Source: Macrostomum lignano (Eukaryota). Taken from it: a stretch of 64,000 nt of DNA. Of this stretch, positions 36,976 through 64,000 are shown piece by piece. Position 1 is the stretch's first letter, and the number at the start of each line of letters is the position of its first letter. The DNA lies in contig NIVC01001102.1 of assembly GCA_002269645.1 (NCBI GenBank), positions 1 through 64,000 on the forward strand. The letters run 5' to 3'. The position numbers and the translations under genes are program-made. Under the pieces are notes generated by a model that was given only the letters and a program-made list of their open reading frames with translations, made no database searches and was not told where the DNA came from.

Positions 36976-37882
36976 TTTTAACGTTTGTTAAACGTTTTGT
37001 TAAACGTTTTTGACGTTTGTAACGCAAGAATTTTTTGTATTTTTTCGCGAATAAACTTGAAAAGTACAAAGTTAAAACTTATGAACATGGCATTAAAAGT
37101 ACAACCGATATGTCACGTATACATAGCGTGTGCAATGGCTGCATGTGACCAGATGAGTTCCTTTAATACTCTACGTTAGTCTATAGTCGCAGCCCTCGGA
37201 TTCGCTCATTCCTGCCCTCAAATCCATAGTCAGAACAATCAGTTCGGCTCTATTTCCTTAGCCTTTGCGCTTTGCCACAGACTATTCATATTTGTTTCGC
37301 CAAAGATTAAGAAATGAAGTAAGACAAAAGCTTCATTCAGGGCCTTCGCCTTAGTTAAAATTGACATCTTGTGAGTTTCGTATATTATTCAACTTTCAAT
37401 ATATGGAAGACGAAGGCCCCGTCGCAAGTTGATGCAAATCGTTTTTTATGAGCTTACAGTCCACAGTTGTCACAGGTGACTTGATCGAGATATTTTTGAT
37501 TTTTGAAAAAAAGACTGTCACTCGTAGTTTGCGTAAAAATCCATATACTAAAATTCACTCTAATGTTAAGTTTTTGCGAACCTTGGAAAACTAAAAACAA
37601 AATTGTTTCGTCTTTTGCATAAATTTGCGATATAAAATAAGTAAAGTTTTTACACGAATTATAATGAAATTTCAGGTGAAAAATAAAAGACAAAATTAAC
37701 TGCTCATCAAAGATTGAATTCATTAAAAGCAGTGCAAAAGAAGGTTCGTTTCAAAAGTTACTTTCGGCTAATATGAAATTGCCTTAAAATACAAATTAAC
37801 TGTAAAGTGCAAATTGACTGTAAAAATTAATACAATGAATAAAATAAGCCTAATTGAGCTTCAACATAAAGTTCATCAGCTA

Positions 37883-40800
37883 TTAGCTCGTACTCACTGC
37901 CATGCAATATCTACGCTTCGTTAGAAATGAGGTTGGGGCAATAAGTTTCCTGCGATTCTTTTAGGAATGAGAGCTATTGACAGCGATTGCTTTAGAGAAT
38001 GAGAGCTATTACTTAAGAGATATGGGGAAATAATTATTCTATTTTTCCTTAAAAATAAATGAATATACTTTCTAGCCTTTTGCATAAGGAAAATTATTGC
38101 TCACCCCTCATTTTTTACGATAAATAAATTAGTCTTCAGTGAGAACTTCTGGAAACACAACGTTTCTGGTCCTTGTTCCCGGAATCCGGACGCGAACATT
38201 TGCCGCGTTCTTTGCTCGTGACAGCGCCGTGTACAGCTGGCCATGCGTGAAGCAACCGACTGACAGGTCAATGCCAACTGTGTCCAGAGACTGTCCCTGC
38301 GACTTGTGAATCGTCAGGCAGAAACTCGGCTTCACAGGGAACTGCAGCCGCTTAAAACTGACGGGGAGGTCCGCATTGCTAGGAATCAGCGGGATTCGCG
38401 GCAGAAGAATCTCGTCTCCCGTGAACTGGCCGGCGGCAATCTTGCATCTAAGCACGTTCTCGCCCATTGCGAGTATGATGAGCCGCGTACCATTGCACAA
38501 TCGTGGCGGGTTGATGTTCCTGAGAAGAACTACTGGCATACCCACTTTTAGCCTCAGCAAGTGAATCGGAAAGTTCGGGGCATCCAGCTGGTTGAGCAAC
38601 TCAGGCGGGAAGTGCGTAGCGGCATCCTCATCGGCCACACTGTCTATTGAGCGGTACTCCCGCAGGCTGCCGGGGAACATGCCCAGGCACGTCTCGTTGA
38701 TGGCATCCACTGAGTCATTGTACGGCGCCAGGATCGCTCGGCTTGCAAAGTAGCCGTCCCTCTCCACTGACGCCTCAAACGATGGGTACACAAAATTTAT
38801 CAGATCATTGAGCGGCGCCTCCGCAGAAATGATGATCTCAGCAGGAAGAGACACTTTCTCCTCTGCATCCTGGTCAATTGTTCCGGATCCGATCTGGGGG
38901 AGTTAAAAGTCAAATATTTAAAACGCTAGACAGACTTTAAGCTAGGCATTCTTGAATAAGCCACAATTTTTAAAATGGAGCTCTCAACACGAAAGAAACC
39001 GAATATCCTTAAATCTTCCAATAAATAAACTGATGAAAACAAACTTACCTGCTTGAGTAGCTCGGTGTATCTCAAATACGTTGCAGAATCGGAACTGCTC
39101 AGCAATCGGATGTTTCTTGTAAGGCGATGCCGCCAGAAAAATTTCCACAGTGGGGATCTGCTGACACACGCCATGACGCTGTTGGCTCGAGTCCCATGCA
39201 CCACAACGGGCAGCAGCTGGCGAAAGTCCCCAGCGCAAACGAAAACCACTCCGCCGAATGGCACGTCCTGCTTCCGCACGTCTCGCAAGCACCGGTCGAC
39301 GGCCTCCAAATCCTTCCGGTTTGTCATAGAAATCTCGTCCCAGACAATTAGACGCACTGTCCGAAATACAGCGGCCTGTTTGGACTGCGCTCCAACAGCG
39401 CACACGTCTTTGCTCGAACGGATCGCCCGAATTGGTATCTTGAACCTGGCATAGAAAAATAGTTTCACCATGCCTAACATATTTACAGCACACGAAATAT
39501 TTACAACTGCTTTTTGAAATATTGACAATAAATTACTCACGTTGAATGCGCCGTCTGTCCACCTGGCAAAAGAGTCGCTGCGATTCCAGAAGCCGCAACG
39601 GCGAGGGCGACTTCACCCCGGCTGCGCACGAAGGCTAGCAGAACCTCTAGCAGGAAGGTCTTGCCAGTGCCAGCAGGTGCGTCCAGGAAGTGCAAGCCGC
39701 TGGTGCCGTCCACAAGATTCTGAGTCACGGACTCGTACACCGCTTTCTGCTCATCTGTCAGCATTGGTAAGCGCGCCTCAGTAATCAGTGCTTGCTCAAC
39801 CGTATCAAACTGCATTGGTCCATCTTGAGGTGTCACGGAGGCCGCAGGCAGGCCGTACTCTGGCAGGCTTCTCCCGCCCATGGAGATCAGCATGCTCTGA
39901 AGCTCACGCAGCGCCAGGTCAGTAATCTCCTCGGTGCTCAAGTCTCGGTGGTGGAACCGCAGGTCCTCGCTGAGATCCTCGGCAAAACTGCACCAGAGGT
40001 CGCTGCCATCCTCAGGCTCACCCCATATGAGAATTACGGCCAGAAGATGTCTCAGGGCTCTTGGCATTCTTGACTGAACGGCCTCAGCTAGACACCGCCG
40101 CCAGTGATCATCTCGCTGCAGCAGGCCAAGGGCCATGCAAGCAGCCTTGGCGCTCGGATGCACAACGCCGTCCACGGTCTGCAGCGCCTCGAAGCTAGTC
40201 GTCCCCTAACATTCAAAAGGAGCATTCGAACATAAAATAAATCACCTGCTCTTGGACTCACCGTGTACATGCGTGCAACGTTTTTGTTCCGCACTACACC
40301 CGGATGGCCATCGACTCGCACACCCTGCTTGGCCCGCCGCCACTCTCTTTCGCTGGAGAGCCACACAAAGTAGGACGGCACCTCCGTGTAGAGCAAGGAC
40401 CCAGCAAATTCGTCAATACGGCACAGCTTGAAAAATGCCGTCAACGTCGAATCCTTCGGCGTTCTCGCTTTTGCTCTTGCGGTCCCCTCGTTGAAATACA
40501 CGAGCTGCTCTTCCGACTTGTGAACGCAGAGTCGGATGACCGCCGGAAACCTGTTGTGCACCTGATCAGAAAGTGGAAGGAAAATATACAGCCTTTAAGT
40601 TTCGATGGAAATTCAATTTATACTATGACGAGGTTTCACAGCTCTGGTTAAAATGAGCCAATAATAATTAGAATGCGAATTACTTCAAAGCCCAAGATGG
40701 TATTCACGGCTTCCATTGGACCAATGTAGCGCGCGGACAGGTACTCTTTAATCTCATCACGCGGCTTATTTCCTGTCGTTTGCGTCGGCTGCTGGTCACC

Positions 40801-43800
40801 CACTGCCTGCTCTCTCGGTTCAGTAGAATTCCTATTGGCATCGACTTTGAACGTCGCCATGTCGCCACCCTTTAACAGGTACTTGATCACGTACTTGACC
40901 GACTTCACAGTGGCGCAAACTTCGACGTTCAAGTGGCACGCAAACTGGAGCAACAGGTCAGGGCTGTACGGAACGACCCACCTGTTTTAATGAAAAAATA
41001 ATATCATTAACTTTCAGAAACAAAAGCTGCAATGCACAACTAAGCAATATATTAGCGTTTGAACTTCCCTGTTGTCCATGCGAATGCTCCGGCCTTTGAA
41101 CAGTTTGTCCACTGTAAATCCGCCCATCTCAGGCGATAGTCTGCGGTACAGTGGGTAGCCAGTATCGCTGGTCAGCGTCACCTGCTGGAACTCTTTCGGA
41201 AAGCCCTTGCTGCATTCGCCATTCTCCATGCAAGGACACGCCGGATTCTCCTTGCCGCAGGGGCCATGGATCATGTGCGTCTTCACCAGCTCATACAGCA
41301 CAGGCTGCTGCTCTGGGTCCGGAATCTCGGCAGACACGATGTCATCGTATCGGTCCGGAGTCACTCGCTGACCGCTCATGAGCCACAGCAGAAAGTGCAC
41401 ATGGGGAAGACCTGGAGCGTCAAAAAAGTATTAAAAAATATCACAAAACCTTTGTAAATCTAAATTTTAATAAATCTTAAAACTTTGATTCTTGCAAGTC
41501 AGAATTTTTACTCACCACGCTTCTGGTACTCCAGTGAGCAAACGTGAGCGGCCTCTTTCCCATAGCGCTTGGTCAACTGGGCCAGAAGAGCTTTCCTCTT
41601 CATTTCAAAGACTCGGCTAACAATGTCCGGCCGGTCTTCTGCCCGCTGTCCAGGCAGCAGCTGAGCGCTGATCTCCGGCCATTTCGGATTGCACGTTGCG
41701 GTGACAAACAGGTCCGGCTTACCGAACTTGTGAACATAGGTCATAGCGTCCTGTAGCCTCTCCATCAGGTACCTTGGCCCGCCAACGAAGCTCGAAGACA
41801 GAAGCACATGCGCGGGCTTGCCTATGTCACTCGGATCTCTGTCGGTAGACCTGCCATCAGCTGCAAACAGAGCGTCCCGCAGACCGCTGTATGTCTCGCT
41901 GCGCAGGTCCTGCTGATGGGTCCGCAAATACAGCAGCCTCTCTGCCTCAATCTTGGCACACATGTCCACCAAGTACTGCTGAAATAATCTTCGGCCATAG
42001 TGCAGCACACTGAACTGGCCCGCTCGCACCATGATTTCGCTCGCATAGTATTTCATGGGCGTTAATTTCTTGCCATTACTCATCAGCAACTCCGGGTGCC
42101 AGCCATCTTCGCCATTCGGGAACAGCAGCACATACTCCAGCGGGTCATATGAGCGGTGCGTCTCGCTGATTCTCTGGGAACCGCCACCACGCAGTTGAAT
42201 CACGACGTCCCGACTGGCCGGTGTGTTCTCATTGTCCTCCACAATCAGGATACCGACCTCGTTCGCCGTAGGCAAGTTGTAGCGCCTGATTTTGAACGGA
42301 GTTTGTGGGATACAGAGTCTGTACAAATTGGATAATTGGATAATTTATTACGCAAAATATCTTATTAGAATGTCTTGCAGACATACCGAATGTGTTCCCC
42401 AGATGGTCGACGGTCAGGGTGAATTACGATTCGCGCATCTCCCAACTCCGGATCTTGACTGATTCGATGAGCGACTGCCCTCAGGCTGCGGACATAGCCG
42501 TTGCACTCGTGAAGCAGCGTCTGCAATAGCTCCAGTAGCTCCGGCTTCACCTTCTGGCTGAGACTCTGGCGGCTTTCAAGTTCGCGATCATTGAAATACA
42601 CCTGCCAGCCATGGGGCTCAGCTGAATCCTCTGCAAACAGCGGCGCCGTGTTGTGATGCAACTGGCCGCTGATGATGAAGCTGGGACACCAGCCTGGCAC
42701 CAACCGCAGTTTGGCACCCAGCGATGTCAGGTGCAGCGCCGAGTTGTAACTCCGAATGTTGGTCAGGAACTCGGCACTCATTCTGTGCCGCCCCAGGTAC
42801 AGATCTGCCAGCACTTGAGGCACGGTGCGGCTGGGCAGCTTCACCTTGCCTTTGGCGCAGCAGAAATTCCTCGTCTCAGAGCACCAAAGTAATGCACCGC
42901 ATTGGTCGCATGCTCTGTCCATTGGGCCACAGTTATGGGCTGGCGCTTCAGGCCTGATAATCCGTTCTGGCCTGTGATTAGAAGGATTAGGATTAGGAAG
43001 GATTAATGGCAAACAGTTTTCCCAGTTAATCTTTCAGCTTACAAAAAAATTTATTGGAATAAAACAACTTGAGTTCGATGACAAATAAATTATGATGACC
43101 AGTCACACCAATGACCTACCTCTCTTGAGCAGGTCTTGCGCCAAAATGACATGCACTCTGCTGAGTTAATCTTGGCTCCTCTGCATCTACAATGGGCTCA
43201 GAAACTGGAATCGGATTAGCAAATCGCAATGACTCATAATGCTCATGACGCAAAAGAATTCGGACGATTGCAATCGGTGGCTGCAAAGGGGACATACAGT
43301 ACTGCAGTACAGTGCCGTTTTCTTGATAAATCACCAGATCAACATTAAAACAACGGCTTAAAAGCGGAACAACTTCATCAGGCACATATGTGCCTTCAGA
43401 AAAAGAGGAATCAACAATGAAATCAGCATTTTCTGGCAAAACAAAGCCTTGTTCAATCAATTCTGGCATAATCTGCACTACACGGCTCGTCAGCTCGTGT
43501 CTTAAAGATGCCGCATCGGTCTCAAGTGGAGTGCCCTGCAACTGATCACAGACTGCATAAAAAAAACAGTTCCCATCACCAGGAATGCGAATTATGCGCA
43601 ACGCATCAAAAGGTACCACAGACGGTGTGGCCAACTCACTACTATCAAACCTGGAATATAGGAAAAAAATTATACACAACTTCATTTGCCGGTAATTAAA
43701 GTAGTGACGAATAAATTTTATGCTATTCTATACTGATCTCTTAAATAAAACTCTTGGAAAGCAATCGACTTGAAAAGATGAGAAAAAATGCACGAAACAG

Positions 43801-45696
43801 ATTCCAGTTTTTAATTATATGCCCAAGTACCAATAAAACATCAGCTAAGATAGAAAATACCCCGAATTAGGCACAAAGGGCACTTGGATTTTATATAGCT
43901 ATAAAATATATAGCTCCAATTAAAATGTCATCCTACCTGCCAGCCGACACTCCTCGACGGCGAATTTGCTCGGCTTCCACTCGAGCTCTTCGTTGCTCTT
44001 CGGTTTCTGAAGCGCGTCGCTTCTCCGCACGAGTTCTGTCTCCAGATCTACGCTCTTCTCGCTGAGCGTCTGTTTCCGTTGCCCTTCGCTCAGCATTTTC
44101 CTGCCGGAGTCTCGTCAGGCGCTCTTCTCGCTGAGCGTCGGTTTCAGTTGCCCTTCGCTCAGCCTCCTGCTGCCGGTGTCCAGCCAGCCGCTCTTCTCGC
44201 TGCGCGTCAGTCTCCATGGCCGTTCGCTCAGCCTTCTGCTGCCGCAGTCCAGCCAACCGCTCTTCTCGCTGCGCGTCAGTCTCCATGGCCGTTCGCTCAT
44301 TCTTCTGCTGCCGCAGTCCAGCCAGCCGCTCCTCTCGCTCAACGGCACTCTCTTGCTGACGCTTCTTCTTGGCATCTCTGCTCTTCTTCAATGCGCTGGT
44401 GCCACGTCGAGCCATATTGGAATTCAAATTGAAAGATAAGAATTTTGAGTTATAATGAAAAGAAAGGATAGTAGGGGTTGTGTGCGAGAAAAGAGAAAGG
44501 TATGAAGTCTATAATGTCACGCGTTTTAAACTCAGCAACCACCCAATCCCAAAAAGCTGGACACCATTTGTACACTGTTAGACTGTCAGTGTGTACAGCA
44601 AGCCTAAATTCTCTCCAATACCCGCCTGCTAATTGGTCAGGACTCTTTTTATTATTCAATACTCTCTCTCAAACACCTAACTCTAACTCTCCTATGTGAA
44701 AGGATTCAGATAAATTTTCTGAAGGAGGCGCAAGCCTCAGTAGCCAATGTACATCTATCTCTGTGGCACTTTTGGACTTTTTTATAATCAGACGGTTTTA
44801 TTACATTTTGGAGGGTCAGTCTCAAACATGGTTCGTATATTGTGAATCAATTAGATACTGTATATATGTGCATGTATTTCACTCTCTCACTCTCCCTCTC
44901 TCCAGCATTTAAAGTTAGTATGTCAATTGTGCACGGGAAGATTTTATAATGTACAATCTTTTCTCGCAGTGTACATTTATAGTTCTCTAGCCTGGCGACA
45001 AAAAATACTACTTTACTGGGCGCTGCAAAGTTTAATTCCAATCAGAATGGCTCACAGTAGGAAGTTCTGCTTGACCCTTGCAGAAAGGCATGTGTGTTAT
45101 TCGAATATTCGCGCTTCTTCTATGCTTTACAGGAACTTTTCATGCTTAAAATGACACTTCTTTTACGATTTTTATGACACTTGTGGTTCTGAATTAGTAA
45201 GCCTCGACGCTAGCATTTTTTAGGTTTTTCATGACGCTTCTTTTATGTTTAACAAAAATTACACTATAAGATGAGCACGAAGCAGTTATGACATAATCAA
45301 TTTTTCAATCGGTCAGTATGGTTACGCAGTCTAAATCAAGTCTCGTAATATGCTTCTACACAGTGTTTTCAACACTGTGACGCAATTCAAGGCGGAGGTA
45401 CAATTCAGCTGTTATGCAATCTTTATCACAATCAGAATTCAGTCAGTCAGTTTTTTCTCTAGCATTTTTACAATGCATTTCAGGTCGAAAGAGCTGCTTG
45501 ACCTTTGCAAAAAAGCATGTTTTTCGAATATTTAATCCCTTTAAAATTGAGCAATTTCTTAGCCAAGATGCATGTACCGTCCCAGGAAAATTTCTGATCG
45601 AATGGTGCAAGTTTGAAGAAAATCGGTTGAGCCATTTTTTCTGAAATCTATCGCATACCTACCCACATACAGACAACTCATTTTTAGTATATAGGA
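37883..45696 (-). mobile_element. Near full-length autonomous-type Helitron (~7.8 kb)
   Basis: 5' end reads A|TCCTATATACTAAAAATGAG on the minus strand at 45696. Tentative 3' end CTAA|T at 37883, preceded by a short hairpin ATTGC-ATG-GCAGT. This fits insertion into an AT target without TSD. Contains the RepHel gene. The 3' boundary is less certain than the 5' boundary. Confidence 0.8.
38129..44415 (-). CDS. Helitron RepHel polyprotein: STPR-like repeats, OTU protease, Zn finger, HUH Rep, Pif1 helicase (~1729 aa; two lesions)
   Basis: Exons 44415-43937, 43650-43120, 42971-42387, 42285-41516, 41411-41069, 40981-40684, 40561-39541, 39445-39049, 38893-38129. Motifs: GDGNCFF...RHEHYES (OTU); CDQCGA...CC (Zn finger); FVTATCNPKWPEI, EYQKRGLPHVHFLLW, VKYVIKYLLKG (Rep); DAPAGTGKT, IVWDEISM, GDFRQLLPVV, HKSQGQSL, HGQLYTALSR (Pif1). 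GG donor at 41068 and 1-nt deletion at ~40203. Confidence 0.92.
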
Positions 45697-46043
45697 TATT
45701 ATTTTTGTGAAATTAATGATTTTTTTACAAGCCTATTCATTAGTACCCACCTAGATAGTTTTGGTTTTAAATATAGTATTATATTTTTCTGTAATGAGGA
45801 TTTTTAATAATAAAGTTTAAGTAGTTAAAAAATCTTACAATATAATATTTCAACTTTTAATTTTGTTTCTGGCCCTTATGTTAAAAATGTTTTGCTAACC
45901 CTTGATCTATAATTTTTACAGACAAGTTTTACTTATTGTCATACAATCATATATTTAATAATTTCACTTTGATGTAAAGCTAAAGAAGCTGTAGACAGTT
46001 GCGCAGCCAAATTAATAATCATAAATTGTTTATTAATCAAACA

Positions 46044-61979
<15,936 letters not shown>

Positions 61980-62061
61980 GTGAGTGCTATTGCTTTTGAA
62001 ATCATTAGTTTGCAGTTCTTCCTGATACCCATTTTCAATATCTGAATTCTAAATCTCAAAT

Positions 62062-62278
62062 ATCAAGTCCTGAATCCCAAGTCCTGAATCCCAAGTCCCG
62101 AATCCCAAGTCCCGAATTCCAAGTCCCAAATCCCAAGTCCCGAATCCCAAGTCCCGAATCCCAAGTCCCGAATCCTAAGTCCCGAATCCCAAGTCCCGAA
62201 TCCCAAGTCCCGAATCCCAAGTCCCGAATTCCAAGTCCCGAATCCCAAGTCCCGAATCCCAAGTCCTGAATCCTAAAT
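62062..62278. repeat. 14-bp minisatellite, talin intron 11
   Basis: Unit AATCCCAAGTCCCG. Confidence 0.95.
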
Positions 62279-63664
62279 CTCGATTTAAAATGTGTAATTG
62301 TCATTACATGTGAAATACTAACAGCAATATTGACTAATAAGCATATTTGGGCAATATTAACTTGTCAAGCAACTTATTTTAACATAAATTTGCGTTTGCA
62401 GTGTCTAACAGGTTAAACCTTCAATTGCTTACAAAATGTAAATTCCCAGAATAAAAAAATTCCTTTACAAACAGTCACTTACTGTAAAAAGGAATATAAG
62501 AGTGTTAATTGGTAAATTCTGTCAATAAAAATTGCCCCAATCATTTCCCACTTTCTCGAACATTTCATTCAATATTGCAGCACAGTGCCCATTTCGCTGC
62601 TACTGAAATTAGTAATAAATTTATGAATAGACCGAAAGGCTTGGATACTGTCGATGTGAGTTTATTAATTATAATTATCCTCCACTATACTAAAAATAAT
62701 TAGCTCTCAAAATTTGCCCGCTTCTCTGTACTAGTAGGAAAATATTTATCGACGACGCAATTATTTTAAATTTATAATTAAAAATGATTTCATTTTTTTC
62801 ATGCAATTTACTAAACCAGGCTACTATGAGTAGATTAAACATCAAATTTAAAAAAACATGTTTTCAAGCTACTTTAAGTAGCGTACCAGCGCAAATTGGA
62901 ATCTTTTTACAATTTTTATCGCCAAATTTTCATCAAAATTAATAAAAATTTTTAGAAAAACAACAGCTACTACTGCTGATAATAAAGCTGAATTTGCATG
63001 CTAATTTTATGTTTGAAAAAAAAATATTCAAATTAAAGCACGCTTTTAAACTAGCGCCAACTTAGACATAGAGCTCGTTGATTGAGATTGGTTTTTGCGT
63101 AGAAATTTTTAATGTAAAAATTTATAATTTTGCTTTCATATGTCGAAAGCGTATTTAATTATTGCACTGTGCATTTTTTCTTTTTTAAAAAAAATTACCC
63201 AGCTGCTAATAAAAGATGGTTCATCTCCAGAAGTAAGTAGCCAAATAAATCATACTACTTATTTATTCAGTAGTGCTACATTTTTCTAGATTTTTATTGC
63301 TTTACTATAAACACATTTTCACGTTCCAACGTGATAGATAATATTTAGCCAGCTATTATATAAATCTTAATAACGCGTTTTTTCATTTTTCAATAAGTTC
63401 TTCCTTGTCTTATTCAGATTGCACATGTAATTTTCTTGTAGCTCTAAATGCCTTTTTTTGGGTGCACAGTTACGTTTAAGCTTCGATATCTCGATCGATC
63501 ACTTTTCTGTACTGTTTTCTGCTGTTAATACGCTTGTTAATCTATCATTTTTATTATCTACCTCTCCATTTATTATTCTACTTGGTTCTACTATAACTCT
63601 TTCCCATTTAAATAATACCCTAGACAATCCCTATAAAGTCTCTGCTAGACAATTTTTATAGAAT

Positions 63665-64000
63665 CTCCCATAGACCTTCTCTATAGAATCGCCCCTAGAC
63701 AATCCCTATAGAATCGCCCCTAGACAATCCCTATACTCGTAGATATAGATTTGTCTCCAGACAATCCCTACAGAATCGGCCCTAGAGAATCTTTATAGAA
63801 TCTCCTCTAGACAATCCCTATAGAATCTCCCCTAGACGATCCCTATAGAATCGCATCTAGACAATCCCTATAGAATCGCCTCTTGACAATCCCTATAGAA
63901 TCGCCCCCAGACAACCCCTATAGAATTGCCCCTAGACAATTCTTATAGAATCTCCCCTAGACAATCCCTATAGAATCGCATCTAGAGAATCCCTATAGAA
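63665..64000. repeat. 25-bp minisatellite, talin intron 11 (runs off the window)
   Basis: Unit CCCTATAGAATCGCCCCTAGACAAT. Confidence 0.92.

Noticed and set aside
37340-37419. 9-bp inverted repeat GGGCCTTCG / CGAAGGCCC as an alternative Helitron 3' hairpin or tiny MITE
   Set aside because: The arms are ~60 nt apart, with no adjacent CTRR in the right orientation and no TSD.
44705-44738. Tandem hairpins TTCAGA-N7-TCTGAA and GAGGC-GCAA-GCCTC as a nested Helitron 3' end
   Set aside because: Not followed by CTRR at the expected distance on either strand; function cannot be supported.

Overview
Intron-containing animal genomic DNA, probably a lophotrochozoan invertebrate; the very short ancestral introns plus dense minisatellites resemble Macrostomum-type flatworm genomes, but this is inference only. 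I built gene models by hand from splice sites and reading-frame continuity. (1) A NIT-domain transmembrane guanylate cyclase (+, 1343-3947, 5 exons) with a -1 frame break at ~1950 and one GC-AG intron. (2) A convergent secreted protein with a Cys-rich PAN-like region and an ALK/LTK-type glycine-rich domain (-, 4737-7023), also with a 1-nt frame break. (3) An orphan low-complexity ORF (9318-9995). (4) A complete 17-exon Cad87A-like cadherin (+, 14331-28266, ~1939 aa) with a probable alternative terminal exon. (5) A near full-length ~7.8-kb Helitron (-, ~37883-45696) with a 9-exon STPR-repeat/OTU/Zn-finger/Rep/Pif1 ORF carrying two lesions. (6) The first 11 coding exons of a talin gene (+, 46044 to past the window end). 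Non-coding DNA holds more than 20 mostly unrelated tandem arrays (most units 20-25 bp; every talin intron has at least one), two tRNA-derived CORE-like SINEs with target-site duplications (TSDs), a Sola1-like MITE, hAT-like MITEs and a Penelope-like hammerhead-type fragment. Most very long ORFs in the supplied track are repeat artefacts.
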